Below are positions 25,491 to 40,000 of a DNA stretch of 64,000 bases, one piece after another. Both the position numbers and the translations under genes were made by a program. Position 1 is the first letter of the stretch; each line of letters opens with the position of its first letter. The stretch covers positions 310,001-374,000 of the forward strand of contig NW_026929714.1 of assembly GCF_032062105.1 (NCBI RefSeq), given 5' to 3'. The notes beneath the pieces were generated by a model. The model saw only the letters and a list, made by a program, of their open reading frames with translations, was not told the DNA's origin and ran no database searches. The DNA is from Saccostrea cucullata. Its lineage: Eukaryota.

Positions 25491-26299
25491 ATATATTTAT
25501 TAAAATCACTTAAAAAATTGGAGAAAAACAGAGTCTAGAAGAAAGTGGTTTTAATTACAACCTTTATTTGAATATTGGAATTGTTCGAGATATCATATTG
25601 TATGTGTTTAAGAAAACTAGACTTACAAATTTAAACCAGAGAGATTTCAATTTCAATTTTTTTTTCCCGAAATAGAAAAAAAAATTACAGCATATAAAAG
25701 TAATATTAGATAACTAATCATCTAACTTTGGTTTTTAATAAATTACTTAATTTATCTCTCTAAAGAACAATATATGAGCAATAAAAGTTGATACATTTAA
25801 AGGAACCAAAAAAGTCTTCCCGTTTGAAGAGAGGTAACTCGATGATTAATGATATTCGACTTAAGCTATGACTGTTTCATCCGTTTACTGACGCAGTTAG
25901 ATATTCTTATTTAAACCCGCTAATTAAGGTCCTAATGCACAAGTTCCGAATACAGGTCCTAATTTTTCAGCTTTTCACCATGTTCACCAGCACGTAGTGG
26001 CTCAAAATGCAACAGAAAAAATTTTGAAGGGCAATACACAAGCAAACAAGCAAAACAAATGTTGATTTTATACGACCTTGTTTACATTTCTGTAGCATCT
26101 ACTTATCATTCAGTTGCTACTTGCTAACTGATAATACCCTGAACACACGCTCCAGTATCCAAAAATATGTTGAAATGTATTCACACTTTATGAAGGTGTA
26201 AGTCGGTTCGTTTGTCATTCAATTAAATTGAGAGTTGGCTTTGATTTGTTTATAGTAAGAAAAACATTCTAATATAAAAAGATGAAATATACGGAGAAA

Positions 26300-27016
26300 A
26301 TTACGTTATTCTAAAGAAATTCCTTTGCCGTAGCATATAATAATTTGTACACAGATTATTAAGACAAATGACTTTCTATAAATTTAATCAATGATTGAAT
26401 GATGAAGGAAGGCAGATGGTTAAAATGACACTTGTCATGTTGCCCAATGAGAGCAAGTTTGAAAAGATACGTGTTATAAAATTAGCAATTAGCTATCAGA
26501 GACATCAAATTTTCACTTTGAAAAATAGTTGAATATTTGAACAAATAATATGATTATTAAATACCTAAGACATCGATTACTTTAGATTCTAAACATATTA
26601 GATATGATAAAAAGGAGACACCAATTCTCAATCCACCTTGAATAAACGTCTCTCCCGAGACAGAAGTTTTGTGTTTTAATGGTCGCCATGCTTATTTTTT
26701 GAAAGGATGTTCTTATCCACCCATTATGTTGCCGAGATTTGACCATTTCTGACAAATGAACTGTTCTTGTTATAAAATTTAACTTACAGGGAAATAAATA
26801 TAAAACTCAGAAAAATCTTAAATCTTTTGTGACAAAACGCTACCGAGGGGGTCACGTGACCGCCAATATCACGTGATTCGTGCATGCGCAGAACGGTGGC
26901 TGATATGCATTAAAATCGGAGAGGACTAATTTAAAATATAATCAACACTGAAACCAAATATTGTTTCTTTTATGGAATTTATTCAATTAGTTTGCGAACT
27001 TTTTGATCACCCCTCG
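26300..27016 (+). mobile_element. Truncated degenerate mariner-like element (same family as 52556-53526, opposite orientation)
   Basis: Ends GCGAACTTTTTGATCACCCCTCG|TA. Body is a diverged reverse complement of about 52556-53290. Left end not found. Confidence 0.65.
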
Positions 27017-27727
27017 TATTTGTAGGCAGATAAAAATGAATTTAATCAATCACTGCACTTTGCATTATACACTGCAACTAACTGCTTAATTTAAGTTTAT
27101 ATTGAAAAATCTTTTGCATTTTATGAATTTAATTTTTTAATTATACGGTGTATATTATTAATTGAATAATTGGTAATACTGTTTGTATCAAATTTCTGAA
27201 TTGCTGCATTTTGAATGATTGTCATAAATTTGAATTTCAGTTGTCAAGATACAAGACATATTAAGAACTCTTTTTTTTAATGTAATCAAGACCCATGTCA
27301 TGTTTAATTTACATTGGTTAAATATCTTAATATATGTTCGTCAATAACTCTTAGATGAAATAAGATTTTTAATATATTTTTTCGTGAAATGTTATTACAA
27401 TATATACGTTGTGATATTATACCCAAACAAATTTACTTCAAATCTGTGTTTGCGCACCTTTAAAAGTTAAAAAAAATGTTACCACAAAAAAGTGATGACC
27501 TTTATTTGACAAGTATTTCATTAGTACTAAGATGCTTGAACATTATAAAACCTTTTCATAAGTTAAATGAATGCAAAATCAAAAAATATCCCCCTTCAAG
27601 GTAACAAAATATTTATTGAAATTACATAAATTAGATTTAAGGATTTAAATGTATAACAGGGCACTTCCGGTAAAAATGACGGCATTTGCCGATGAATGCC
27701 GATGTCGTAGCACTGTTAATGCCTTAA

Positions 27728-28505
27728 CGAGGCCGAGTCTAATTATTTCTGCCCTAGGGATTTTGATAATTTTTTGATAATTAATTTTTACTGTTATATT
27801 TATTGTTTTCAGATTAAAAAATCGAACGTTTACCACCCCGATTTCTTAAGGGGCCATCTCAAATGTTGTCAAACTTTACTATTGGACCCTATGGGAATTT
27901 GTTGGAAAATCGCAAAATAATGAAATTTTTTCCATATTTTTTGTACTTCTGCCCTAGGGATTTCTTTTTTATTCAAGTAAATGAAAGTTAATGTAAAAAG
28001 TTACTGAATTGTGAAATTTCAAAAAGTTCACCATCTCGATTGGTCTAGTTAGTATTTACTAAGTTTATTTTTTCGAAGCTAAATACCACTAAAACTGACA
28101 TATTACGGTGCAAATTCATATCTTTGCAGATGAATTATTGGCACAAACAATTTATTCGGTAAAAATAACAATTTTTAGGTAGCTAGTATGTTTCTTGGTA
28201 GTTATGTCATCAGTTTTTAGTATAATATTCATGAACGTCTTGAACATACAAGCGAGTCATGCGTCATTCTTTAGCGTCATGCATTGCTTACAAAATCCGA
28301 TAATGGCGACGTTGCTAGAGCCATTTCAACGTTCTTTTTCCAATTATTGTCGAAAAATCACATTTCCAGATCAGCAGGAGTTACAAATAATGTTAATTTT
28401 GTATTAAAATTAAAATAATTTTCAAAGGTGTACTGTCACACAAATGACTGCATGGAATTAATAAGCTGCGCAATATGATGCGCACTCGAATTAGACTCGG
28501 CCTCG
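27728..28505. mobile_element. TTAA-flanked non-autonomous TIR element
   Basis: TTAA|CGAGGCCGAGTCTAATT...AATTAGACTCGGCCTCG|TTAA, perfect 17-bp TIR. Confidence 0.75.
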
Positions 28506-28762
28506 TTAAGAGTTATCGACCAATGTAAACAAGCATGGCTTTTTTTCAACACGGCTTGAAAGACGCTGGCATTATACATGTGATCAGAGCAGAGAAAATA
28601 ACTTAACAGAGGAAAGAACAAATGTTAAATTGATAGAAAACTATGATATAGTAGTTTTATTAGACAAATTGCTGCAAAAACATTCTTTTCAAAGTAAAAT
28701 ACATATTTAGGGTTTTCCAAGTTCTAAAAATAGCACACAGCTTTCGATGTGTGAAGAATAAG

Positions 28763-29140
28763 TTTTTGTCCCCAGCTTGAAAAGTGGGGGATATTAATTT
28801 GGGTCTCTCCGTCCGTCCGTCATTCTGTCTGTCTGTAACGCTTTCGTTTCCACTCGAGAACCCTTTGAGCTTTCGCAATTAAATTTTGCATATCAACTTC
28901 CTATGGACTAGAGAACAACCCTATTGATTTTGAGATCAAAAAGTCAAAGGTCAAGGTCATAAATTCGCAAATTCTGTCTGATATAACACTGTCGTTTCCG
29001 CGCGATATCGCGAGAACCTTTTGAGCTTTTGCAATGAAATTTTACATAACAACTCCATGTGCCCTAAGGAAGACCCCAATTATTTTTTAGGTAAAATGGT
29101 CAAAGTTCAAGGTCGCAAATTTAGCTTCTCGGCGGACTTT
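28763..29140. mobile_element. Non-autonomous Helentron-type element with two satellite-like units of about 150 bp
   Basis: TTTTTGTCCCCAGC...GTGGGGGAT hairpin, (TCCG)n/(TCTG)n, then two units each ending CAAAGGTCAAGGTC-like. Confidence 0.6.
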
Positions 29141-29285
29141 ATATTCTTACTACATTAGAACTGTTTAATAAAGGTTAAATTAGACACCATGCATTGTGTA
29201 AAATTTTGACAATATCGAACGTGAATATATAAATACATGTGTGTGACTTTATGTTTGCATATAAATTTCGCAAGTGTAAAGCAGT

Positions 29286-29340
29286 TCCGTGGTCTAGTGG
29301 TATGTCTCTCGCTTTTCATGTGAGAGGTTCGAATCCCAAA
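29286..29340 (+). pseudogene. tRNA-like fragment (Pol III A/B boxes), not a complete tRNA
   Basis: TGGTCTAGTGG and GGTTCGAATCC, with a stem-loop CTCGC-TTTTCAT-GTGAG between them. Variable loop, 5' T-stem and acceptor pairing are missing. Confidence 0.55.
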
Positions 29341-30223
29341 CGATCCATTTTCTTCTTTTCGAATTCCTTTTTTTTACTAAATGATATTATTCAGCATGTG
29401 AAATGAAAAAAATTATGAGGTCTGGCTTGTACGAACTCATAAAATCACCATTACAGCGTGATAAATATTCCATTCTTCAACAATGCTTGTTATACATGTA
29501 ATACCTTAAAACCTGATAAGTATTTTTGTGATTACATACCTCTTTATATCCTAAATAGGATGAGGATAATATTTCAATGAATGTAAATAATTAAGGAATT
29601 ATTGAAAGTTTTGTGAATAGCTGTGGTATGAAAATTAAACGGACCTGCCAAATAATGCGGTTTCATGGAAGGTGCTGGCGCTTTATGAAAACAGTTCTTC
29701 ATATACTTGCAAAGAATAAGTGTGAATTATGTATTGAACACTCATAAAACTAGGCCTTAATACCATAATATAACAAAATAAACTCAGGTTTGCATATATC
29801 GTTCGCCTTTATCTTCATATTTTATTACAATTTTCAAAGCCTCATTTAGTCGTTTAGAGTTTCCCTGATTATATTCTTCTCTGTATGCATATACCTAAGG
29901 AATACCTGTCTATTGTTTGGTTTCATTATATGATCAATCAAGTGGCTTGCGTGATAATTTGTATAAATTTCGAGGGCGTTTATGAATAAAATTATTACTC
30001 AAGCCAATTAATTTATCCATGTCACGAAACCAAAATATCTGACAGTTATTTCTTATATTTTCATGCTCTTGATTCGGCAAATTCACGTGCTACAGCCCTG
30101 CTTCTGTATCAATTTGTTTGTATTTTCTACCGCGCCTGTCGATGAACAAGTACCGGTAGATTTATTTTAATGGCGTGTTCGTTTCTTTAAAGTTCTAATG
30201 AAAGGACTAAAAATTGTGGCACC

Positions 30224-30783
30224 TAGCTGCAGACATGTAGCTCTCGGCCTGAGAAAATTCGGACAGATAAAGCATGCAGAGAGCTACAGTATGCAGATCC
30301 AATCATTGTAAAAACCTTCGATTTACGCAAACGATTGTTTGTCGCTCACTTCGGGTACTTTTTCTTTTCTTAAAATTTCACCAGCTCTAAAAATGGTATT
30401 TAATAATTAATCGTACATTTAACTTCAACTCCTGATGATTTACTTACCTTTCAACACTAAAATATTGCTTTTTGTGGTTACGGACGTCGAAATGGAACTC
30501 TTTTAAACCGACATTACAAAACTATATACAGGGCTGTTTCCGACCGTTAAAAGGTACCGTAAATAAACTTTAATAAAGTATCACAAATAAGAGTTAAATA
30601 TAAGATTGATTATAGGATGCAATTCTAAAAGCCAGAGAAAGTTTCAACTACACGAAATAAATACCTAAAGCAGCGACAAAAAATCGTCGGCGTCAATTGA
30701 AGGTTTTTACAATGCTTGGATCTATAGCTCTCTGCTTTATCTGTTTGAATTTTCTCAAGACGAGAGCTACAGTTCTGCAGCTA
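30224..30783. mobile_element. Non-autonomous TIR element with TAGCTGCAG termini; an extra solo arm lies at about 31390-31521
   Basis: Inverted arms of about 130 bp. Flanks TGTGGCACC and TGTGCCATT resemble a decayed 9-bp TSD. Confidence 0.6.
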
Positions 30784-30829
30784 TGTGCCATTTTGTTAGC
30801 CACTAGCCAATTCTTGAAGCTCACTCATG

Positions 30830-31135
30830 TTTTTTTTGTTTTGTTGTTTAATATCCCTCTAGATAATAATTCACTCGAATGGAGAAGCCACCATTTCCTG
30901 TGGAGGGCTGCAAAAGTAAAAACCTATACTCAACACTCAGGGACATTGAGCAGTGAGGATTCTTTTTCGTGCCATTATCTACTGCGACATAGGACCTCCG
31001 ACTCAGTTTAAAATGTGTCATCCAAAGGATCCGTCTCCGTGTCCCGCAGTGGATTCTAATCGGCGAAGTAAGGATCAGCCCCTTACTCCGCGACTATAGA
31101 GCAGAGGCTCTAAAACCACTGCGCCTCGCGGGCAC
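30830..31135 (-). mobile_element. Degenerate SINE related to 22747-23047
   Basis: Shared body (TTGTTTAA..TCCCTCT, GGGCTGCAAAA...CCTATACTC, TTGAGCAGTGAGGATTCTTT) and a decayed tRNA-like head. Confidence 0.65.
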
Positions 31136-33430
31136 TCTTATCTTCAACCTCAGACTTCTCTCAGATCTCCATCAACCATCTTGAATGTTGTAAAAGGATT
31201 TTTGTGTGTATATTGAGGCTCTGCTTCATAACCGCTTTCCAATCAGAGGCACTAGGGTCTCTTGAACCCTCGATGAGAACAGCCGATGGAACACATTGAA
31301 ATGTAATTTATAATTAAGTATCAATCTTGGAATAAAATTTATCAATAATTATCGGATACCATTCTAAGAGCGTAAAAAGCATTAACTACAAGAAATAATA
31401 TCTGAAGTGAGCGACAAAAAATCGACGGGGTAAATCGAAGCTTTTTACAATGCTTGGTTATGTAGCTCTCTGCTTTATTTGTCCGAATGTTCTCAATCAG
31501 AGAGCTACAGTTCTGCAGCTATGCTCGTGTGTGTATGGTATTTCATAGGTAAATAATTTCAGTCTTTGTGAGATTTTTGTAAATTGTAGAGACTTTACGT
31601 TAAATATAATTTAATGTTAAAAGAAATATCAAAGAAAATTTTGACATAATTGAAAATCAATTTTTTTCTCTGCTCCCCTTTCCTTTCAAAACGATACTAC
31701 GTCACTTAGGTAACTTACTCAGCATATTAAATTAACTCCGTCAGTTTTGTATATGAAAATATCATTAATCAGAGTTATTGCTCCTCGAATACCTACTGAA
31801 GTTTTTTAATCCTGAATTCCTTTGAACAGTCCCGCCTTGAAGCATGCTCACATTTCCTTTGGCTCTTATATTTTAGCATTATTAAGTATCCATTTGCATT
31901 AAAAAAATTCTTTTAAAACCCGAATGATTATTTCTTGCTCAAAAGATACTTGTAAATTAATTAAACGCATAATTTCAAACTAAGGAAGATTTTAATGCAG
32001 TAAAGAAATTATATGCAACACATAACGTACATTTATTAGCAGAAATAACGAGTTGCAATTCTGGCATTTTTAAAAAAAAATCTAGGGTACATGTATTCAT
32101 AGGAGTCCGCATTTATAGCTCTCTCCTACCAGAATGGAAGAGAATCGTACATTTTGGCTGTGGTTTATGACGATGCATCAGAGGTTACTGGACTTCTTTC
32201 TCTCTCACATTCTTTTTAAATTAAGTACTGAATCTTTTATGAATAGTTGCTAAATTTGCCTCTTCCTAAAATGTCATTAATTTAATTCATTAAAACACTT
32301 GGCTATTAACAAACCATCTTATATTTTACAATTTCACAAAAAAATATTAGAAGTATTTATAAGATGAAAGTTTTCCCATTTCTCAACAAGTATCTAAGAT
32401 GTAGTAAGACCAAAAAAAATCTGATATTTCTATTTCTCTAACTTATTTTTTAGTTCTCTGCTGGCAGTATGTAAAATAATTCTGAGTTGGATAGGTAAAT
32501 GGAGAAAGGAAAGGTTTCTGTCATTTAAAAGATGAAGAAAGAAAAAAAGTAGCATTTCCTGAATTTAACGACAACCTTTTATTACATGCTATTAATTTTT
32601 ATGACTTACCCCCAAATAGATTGTCATATTGTGATTGCTTCTAATAAAATATTGAATGCTCATTACACAAGGCGTTATGTGAGAGTTACTCCTGCAAGTT
32701 AATAATTATTTAACATGAAATAACGATTTTACGAGGACAACACCTTGTAATGATCTTCTGAATAAAGAATTAAATTTTATGACATGTTTCATAAAAATTC
32801 CAATTTCCAATTTTTTAAAAAAATTTTCTAAAAAATAAAAAGATTACCTTCTCATGAACTACCATGGGATGAGCAAGAAAATTTGCATTTTTATAAGATT
32901 GAGGTAAAAATAAAATATTGAATCTTTTTTTTATAAAAAAAGATCGCATAATGAAAAAAAAATATGTGCCAAGTCATGATCTGCAGCAGAAAAATAATGT
33001 TCAAATAAGATACGAACTAAAACGCCATGTTACAAGGCACTTTGAAAAATTATGCAATTTGAATTTTCTCAAAATGCCTTAAATGGACAACGTTAATAAC
33101 ACTTTGATAAAAAATATATTTCTTTTCAAAGCGCAAAATGTACTGCATTTAATCGCAAAATTATTGCATTTAAACATAACAGATTGCGTTTAAATGCAAG
33201 GTCAACATTGATTATTATTGTGATTAAGAGCAGTGGATTGTGTTTAAACGCAATATATTGTAATTATTGCGATTAAACACAATAAGAATATTTCTTTCTC
33301 TAAACTGGCCTTAATTCCGTATTTAACGCCCTTGAAAATTTTCAAAGTGTGTTAATTTTGTCCCAATTTTAACGCACGTTGTATTTTTTTCCAAAGCGCA
33401 TAATATTTAATGTACAACACTTCACACCTG

Positions 33431-33546
33431 TATATATATATATATATATACGGATGGAAATTTATATAAAGCACTAAAAATGACCAACGACACGAACAAT
33501 AAAAATTGACAATTTTTATTGTTCGTGTCGTTGGTCATTTTTAGTG

Positions 33547-33611
<65 letters not shown>

Positions 33612-33625
33612 ATATATATATAAAT
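33431..33625. repeat. Perfect 93-bp palindrome (33463-33555) embedded in (TA)n microsatellites
   Basis: 46-bp arms around a single central A (33509). (TA)10 lies to the left and a longer (AT)n tract to the right. Confidence 0.9.
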
Positions 33626-34063
33626 TTTTCATGGAGCCCTTACGCGCTTCATATAAAATATATCTGCGTAAAGCGTGTCATTTCATGTCGTCAAGAATTC
33701 TCAGAAATCATATTCATCTCTTAAAAATCCAGGATTTGTTTTGATCACGAGAGAATGTACATCGTTCCAGGAAATATAACTAATATGATTTATTTATCCT
33801 CTTTAAAAGAGCACTGGGTGTATGAGAACATAGGACAACATATTCATTTATCTCTTATATAAAGCAAATGCTTTACTGAAGCCTTGTATAAGTATATATA
33901 TATACATAATTTACAACAGGATTATAGATCTAAAGCTGTCAATGCCACATCTAGCTATAAATTCAAACACCGTAAATTACAATGAATCAGCAATGAAATA
34001 TTTAAACAATTCACAGTGATATATAAACCTTTGGAAATGAAAAATACTGGATAGAGAAATAAA

Positions 34064-37000
34064 ATGAGTTCTAGCGTAAAATTCAATTCTTTTGACGATA
34101 GATATGTCCACACAACTGATGAGCAACCAACGATTATTGCTGTCTCATCTGGAATAGCAACCAAAAAGATTGCATTAATCTTTGGTGCTATTGTCGTTGT
34201 TGGAATCATTGCTACAGTTGGGGTTGTTCTTGGTGTCGTTATTCTGAAGAAAGGTAATAATATGAAATATGTAATACATACTTTTCATCATATACAACGT
34301 AAATATTTATCAACGCTCATTTCAATTTGGATGTTTTTATGGAAATTTTACATCTAAAATAAATCAAAGTTTTCATGTATATACAAAAAATATTTAATAT
34401 TTTAAATAAATAAATAGAAAAACAAATCATTCATAGTTGATAATACTCGAAAAATCATTTGCAAATTATGTGTTTATATTAATATAAAAATATGTATATA
34501 TAATAATATCAACTTGTGCAGAGGACCGCTTAGCTAGGGTTTTATACTAAGGGTAATATGTTCCCAGATTTTCCTGGATTAACTATATATTTATCAAGGT
34601 CTCCTGGCGGATTTGATCGATTGACAGGGATCGATGCTTACTCCTCCTAAGGAACTCATTCCTCCTGTCATGTTTCCACTGGTCTGGGTGCTTGTCTTGT
34701 CTAAGATCCATATGATCTACAGGATTTCTGTGATTGGTTTCTGTCCATCTATTCTGTCCGTCTATTCGTTCTTCCGTCTTTATCTGTGTTTCTGTATGTC
34801 TGTAATACTTTAGTTTCCTGGCAATTTCCCGAAAAGCCTTTGAGCTTTTGCAATGACATAAAAAAATAAACTAACGCGCTATGACCTGTGGAAGACCTCT
34901 TTTGATTTTAAGGTCAAAAGTCAAAGTCTTAAATAAAAAAAAATATTTTACATTTTCGTTTCCAAGCGTTTTTTCGAGAAGCCTTTATCAGTGTCGTAAA
35001 TTTATATATTCGTGTGTGTAGAAACTTTTTATATTCGGGCGATATCTCAAGAAGGCTTTGAGTTTTGGCAATTTAGATTTATACCATAACTTTTGATGAC
35101 CCCACCCGCCTTTCTTTAAGTGCCTTCCCTCGAACCCTCCCTAGATCCGGGCATGCTCTTCTTTTCTCCTTAATCGGGGCCACAAATTCTCTGAATAAGT
35201 ATCGTCAAAATCTTGTTTGAATACGTTCAACAAAGAAGATATGGACACTTTACTAAGATTTTCTTAAAATTTGCTATACCTACAATTAATCATTCATAAA
35301 TTTTTAAGGCACTCATTCTTTAAAGCTGTATATATACAAGTTGTGTTTTCGTTTATGTGCACATCTATACTTTGTTGATGCATAAGTGAAACTCGAGTTA
35401 CATTTTTCAAGAAAATATTTTACTCATGAGTACTTAAAGAAATTTCTTGTGTTCATATTACGAATAATATGTAATAATTACCGGTACGTGTGTATATCTA
35501 ATTGTATATTATTTTCGTTCTGAAGACAATAAAGGAAATGACCAGCCACCCGCAGTTATAAACGGTAAATATACATTTACTACTAACTCTTCAATTGAAT
35601 TCCTGTGTGAATTCACACAAAACAGTGTTTATTTTTTCCGTGTATAAAAAGTTGAGATACATGTATTAGATAATTTGCATATTCTGATTAAGAATAAAAA
35701 ATACATGTAGATATTTGAAATATATTTAAACATAAGACATACAATTTTCTTTTAAGGACCAGTAGATGGGAAATGGACTTACTGGGATTCGTGGTCAGAT
35801 TGCACTGTTACATGCAGCGGGGGAACACAAAGGCGCACCCGTAGCTGTACTTCTCCCCCACCTATGTTTGGAGGGAAGTCCTGTGTAGGAAATTCAGAAG
35901 AAATCAGACAATGCTCAACTTGGAATTGTCCAGGTAAGTATGGAGGGCCAAAACTTTTCAAAACTTTTCTAAACAAACTACTAAAAATAAGAATCACTGT
36001 TTTGATTTTTTTATACTAAAAGTCACATTCTTTAAAAGGCCTTGCGTCCTGCTCAGAGCAGGTGAAACATTCTTTTTTATTTTCAGGATGTTGGTTTTAT
36101 TTTTCAAAATAGGATAGAAATCATGACTTTTGAGGTATTCAATAGATGTTTAATTTTGCTTATTTTTCATAATTATGAAATCCTTAATTTCTTTGTTTTG
36201 CGGAGATTCTATTTGAAAAAAAGATCTTATTTTGAAAAAAAGTTAAAAAAAAGAATAGAATCACAGATTTCAGTACCTCATCTTTTCCTATAACAGGAAT
36301 AGGACTATTCATAGGAGTAACTAGTTATTATGAATTATTCATCCAAAATTACATCTATTTAATGGTTATTAATTAGAGGATCGATAAAAGAGTTATATTG
36401 TTACCCTGAACATTTTTTTGTCCTGTTGCACGAAAGATACAGAGCTTAAAAAAAAATATAAATTGCCATTACTTGCATGTTCTAGACTAGTCATTCAAAT
36501 AATTATTTTACTTCTTTTTCTGAAGAAATTTACAGATTTTAAATTTACCAAAAACTCATCTTTAGCTGGTATTTTCCCTACTTTTTCTAAAGTATTTCTT
36601 TCTCTGAACTGGCTTAAATTGCAACGTGCTACCGTTACAGGCAACACAATTCACAGGAGTTCTGGTTGGTAAAAGGGCAAATAAAGCAGAATTCCCTTTC
36701 ACTCAAAATAATTCAATTTTAAAACTCTATTCAATTTGTGAATATATAATTTTCAGATTATTTTAAGGTTCATAATCTATACAGGCAACTAAGCCACATA
36801 TGATTCTCATATGAGAATCATATGATTCTCATATGATTGTTTCATATGAGAATCATAGAAAAAGGGCATCATATGTGAATCATATGAAGCAAATCATATG
36901 ATTTACATATGATCCACATATGTGAATCATATGAAAATAACTACATATGATTTTCATATGAATGATTTAAGTGTGTTTCAAGCCATTTACATATGAGAAT

Positions 37001-40000
37001 CATATGAAAATGGCATCATATGTAAATCATATGAAACACGTATGTGTGATTCAAGCCATTTACATATGAGAATCATATCAAAAGGGCATCATATGTATTC
37101 ATATGAAACACTTATGTGTGTTCTCTTTCAATATTTTTCACATTCTTGTACACATTTAAAATTCTGATATTTATGCTTTAGATGAAAATTCATGACATTA
37201 CAATAATCTATCTTCATTGGTTAAATATTTTTAAATATCTTATTATGCTTACACAACTTTATTGATAAAATTATTTTCATGAAGAGAAATAACTTATTTT
37301 TCACAGTGTACATTCTAAACAAGAAAAGATACAAACAAGTCAGTAGAATTTGTCGATACATGTATTTAACATACTTTAAAATGAGTACAAATTATATGAT
37401 TCAGCAAAAGGATTAAGTAGTTAAACATGTATACATTTACAAATGAATATGATAATAAGGTCATGTACTTGTATAAAAATACCATATGACATGAAAGTGT
37501 CCACAGCAAAATTGAAATATCAGCAATAACATTTGTCATGTATTCTCTATTCTAAATTTATGAAAAATCAAGTTATTTGATATTCCAGCATACAAATAAG
37601 AATGGGAAATCTTTACAGGTCAAATTCAGACAAGATTGCGTACATCCTCCTCATTTCATAATTATTCCATATATTTTCTTTTTTTTCCTTCTGTATCTTT
37701 CAATTTTTTCAGTTGTCCTCCCTCTGATCTACCATGACCATTTTGAACTCTCTTTGAACTGTACCAAAAATGCAAATCCACCAGTTCTCCCCTTCCTGAA
37801 CAATTTCTTTGTGGCACAGAATGGTCTCTACAAAAGTTTCAAAAATAAAAATAAAATAATTCTTAAATTACAAAATCAATTCTACAAGTTATATTACAGT
37901 AACTTATCATTAGCAAACAAATGTATTCCCAATTCACTGACACAGATATGATACGAGATCAAACTAATGTTAAATATTTTATACTAGGTGTTTTGTGAAA
38001 TCCAATGATGTAATTTGCAAGACACTGTTGGAAGATATGCTTCATAATAAAATTATAAAAAGAATTTTTTTTTATTTTGACAATTGAATCGAATTTTGCA
38101 AGACAACTACACTATTGGAAGATATGCTTCATATTAAAATCATCAAAAGCAAATAGTATTATTCATGTATTAATTCAAATTGCCAAAAATTAAGAAGATT
38201 CTGACACAAATATATTACTTTTGGACAAAACAAGTACAGACAAGTAGATATAGGCAAAAAACAGACTTTGTGATTCCCGGGTATCCCAAACTTTGTTGGG
38301 AAGAGTATGTATAACACAGTCTATTAAACACTAAACAGTGTGTATTTACCTCAACTTTGAAGCAAGCCTTGGATCTTTGGATTTTTTCCCTATGAAAGGC
38401 TGACTGTATATTGAACCTGTAAAACAAATATTCGCACAGTAGATATTTTCTAAGCATTTATAACTAAAACTTAAACAACAAAAAAAGAGAGAGTACAAGT
38501 TTGTAGGTTAAATATCTTACATTTTACCTGAAACTAGGTTCTCTGTAGTGTTGGAATTTTTTTTTATAAATGTCAGTCATTGAATACATAAATGTAAATA
38601 TTCAATGGATTAGCTATATGATGTACTTTCAACACATACACATGTATTTGTACCTTGAAAGTTGCCACTGTTATATTATTAATTTTTTGATAAAAAAATT
38701 AAATTTACCCCCTGAGATTATTGCATAGTTTTATAGCTTTTAAAGCCAGCACATTCTTATCATACTTACCATATTTTATAAGTGCATTGGATTAAAATTT
38801 CATATTATGTAGAATAAAACTTCTCTATCATTGAGTTGAAATTATTTAATTTTGATGAAGCCGTGCAAACAATGTAGAATTATAAAGGAACAAAAAGAAA
38901 TTATCAAGAAATATTTTGTCATAAAGGAGTCATTACAGATACACACTTTGATTTTTTATTGCAAGTCTTTTTTTTTACCTTTAATATTGTGATGATGCAA
39001 TCGTCTGTCAAAATCGGCTTTGGATCAATCGCCAGTCTTATCAGCTTTGGGCTTCTTGGACTTAAAGCTATCGTGCAAAGTCTTAAACCTATTATACGCA
39101 ACGAGCAAGCGGTGTCCGCCATATTTCTCTACTCTGCGATAGTTACAATTCCAAATATATGTGATCAATCGCGGTCACGGGCTATTGCACACGCTCACAG
39201 AAGGCCTAGTGTGTACACTAAACCCCCCAAAATATAAGTCAAACTTGTACTGTCTGCCGCTAAATTTTAGAAAATAAATACTCTATAATAAGAGGAAATA
39301 ATTACAAAAAAATATTTTTCACAAAATAAGTACGTTAATAAAAAATTAGAAAAAAGTAAAATGTTAGTCATGAAAATAAAAGATTTCCGCTAAAATCTAT
39401 GCAAAAGCTTTTTACATTGCTTACCAGACGCCGACAGTACAAGTTTGATCAGTTGAACGATAAGTCAAACAAAAATTATAAAAGTTTAGCAATATTTATA
39501 CAAAGATTTGCCTTTCGCATACTCCATTAGTGCACACACCCTGTCCTGGTAAACAAAACTGATCTTTCAAACCGGACCGTCCTGTTTTCTATAAATAGAA
39601 TCTACTCACACTTCGGTGTTTACTAGGGACCTGTTATTATTTTATCCTGCGTATTTGAATGTCATACAATCTACAATAAATATCTGTAAACTGGTGGTCT
39701 TTTTCGACACAAACCAAATAATTGTACACACTTTAGACGCAAATCCACGTTAGGGAAACATTTTTTTTTAAAACTAAAATACTATAAATAGAATAAAAAG
39801 AACACATACCAAATGCTCAAGAAAAAAAGAAATCTGCATGCTTATGAAATTTTATATTCATTCTATGATTTGAAAAGCAAATCAATTATTTGCCTTCACT
39901 GGTTATACAGTAAATCAAATTCTTTATCAGGAAGAGGAGGTGGAAATTTACTGAGGAAACATGTAATACATACAAATAAATATTATGATATATACTATCA

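Noticed and set aside
29286-29340. Functional tRNA-Glu
   Set aside because: Cloverleaf incomplete: no acceptor stem pairing and truncated variable and T arms.
33544-33744. ORF with YIYIYI repeat
   Set aside because: Translation of an (AT)n microsatellite.
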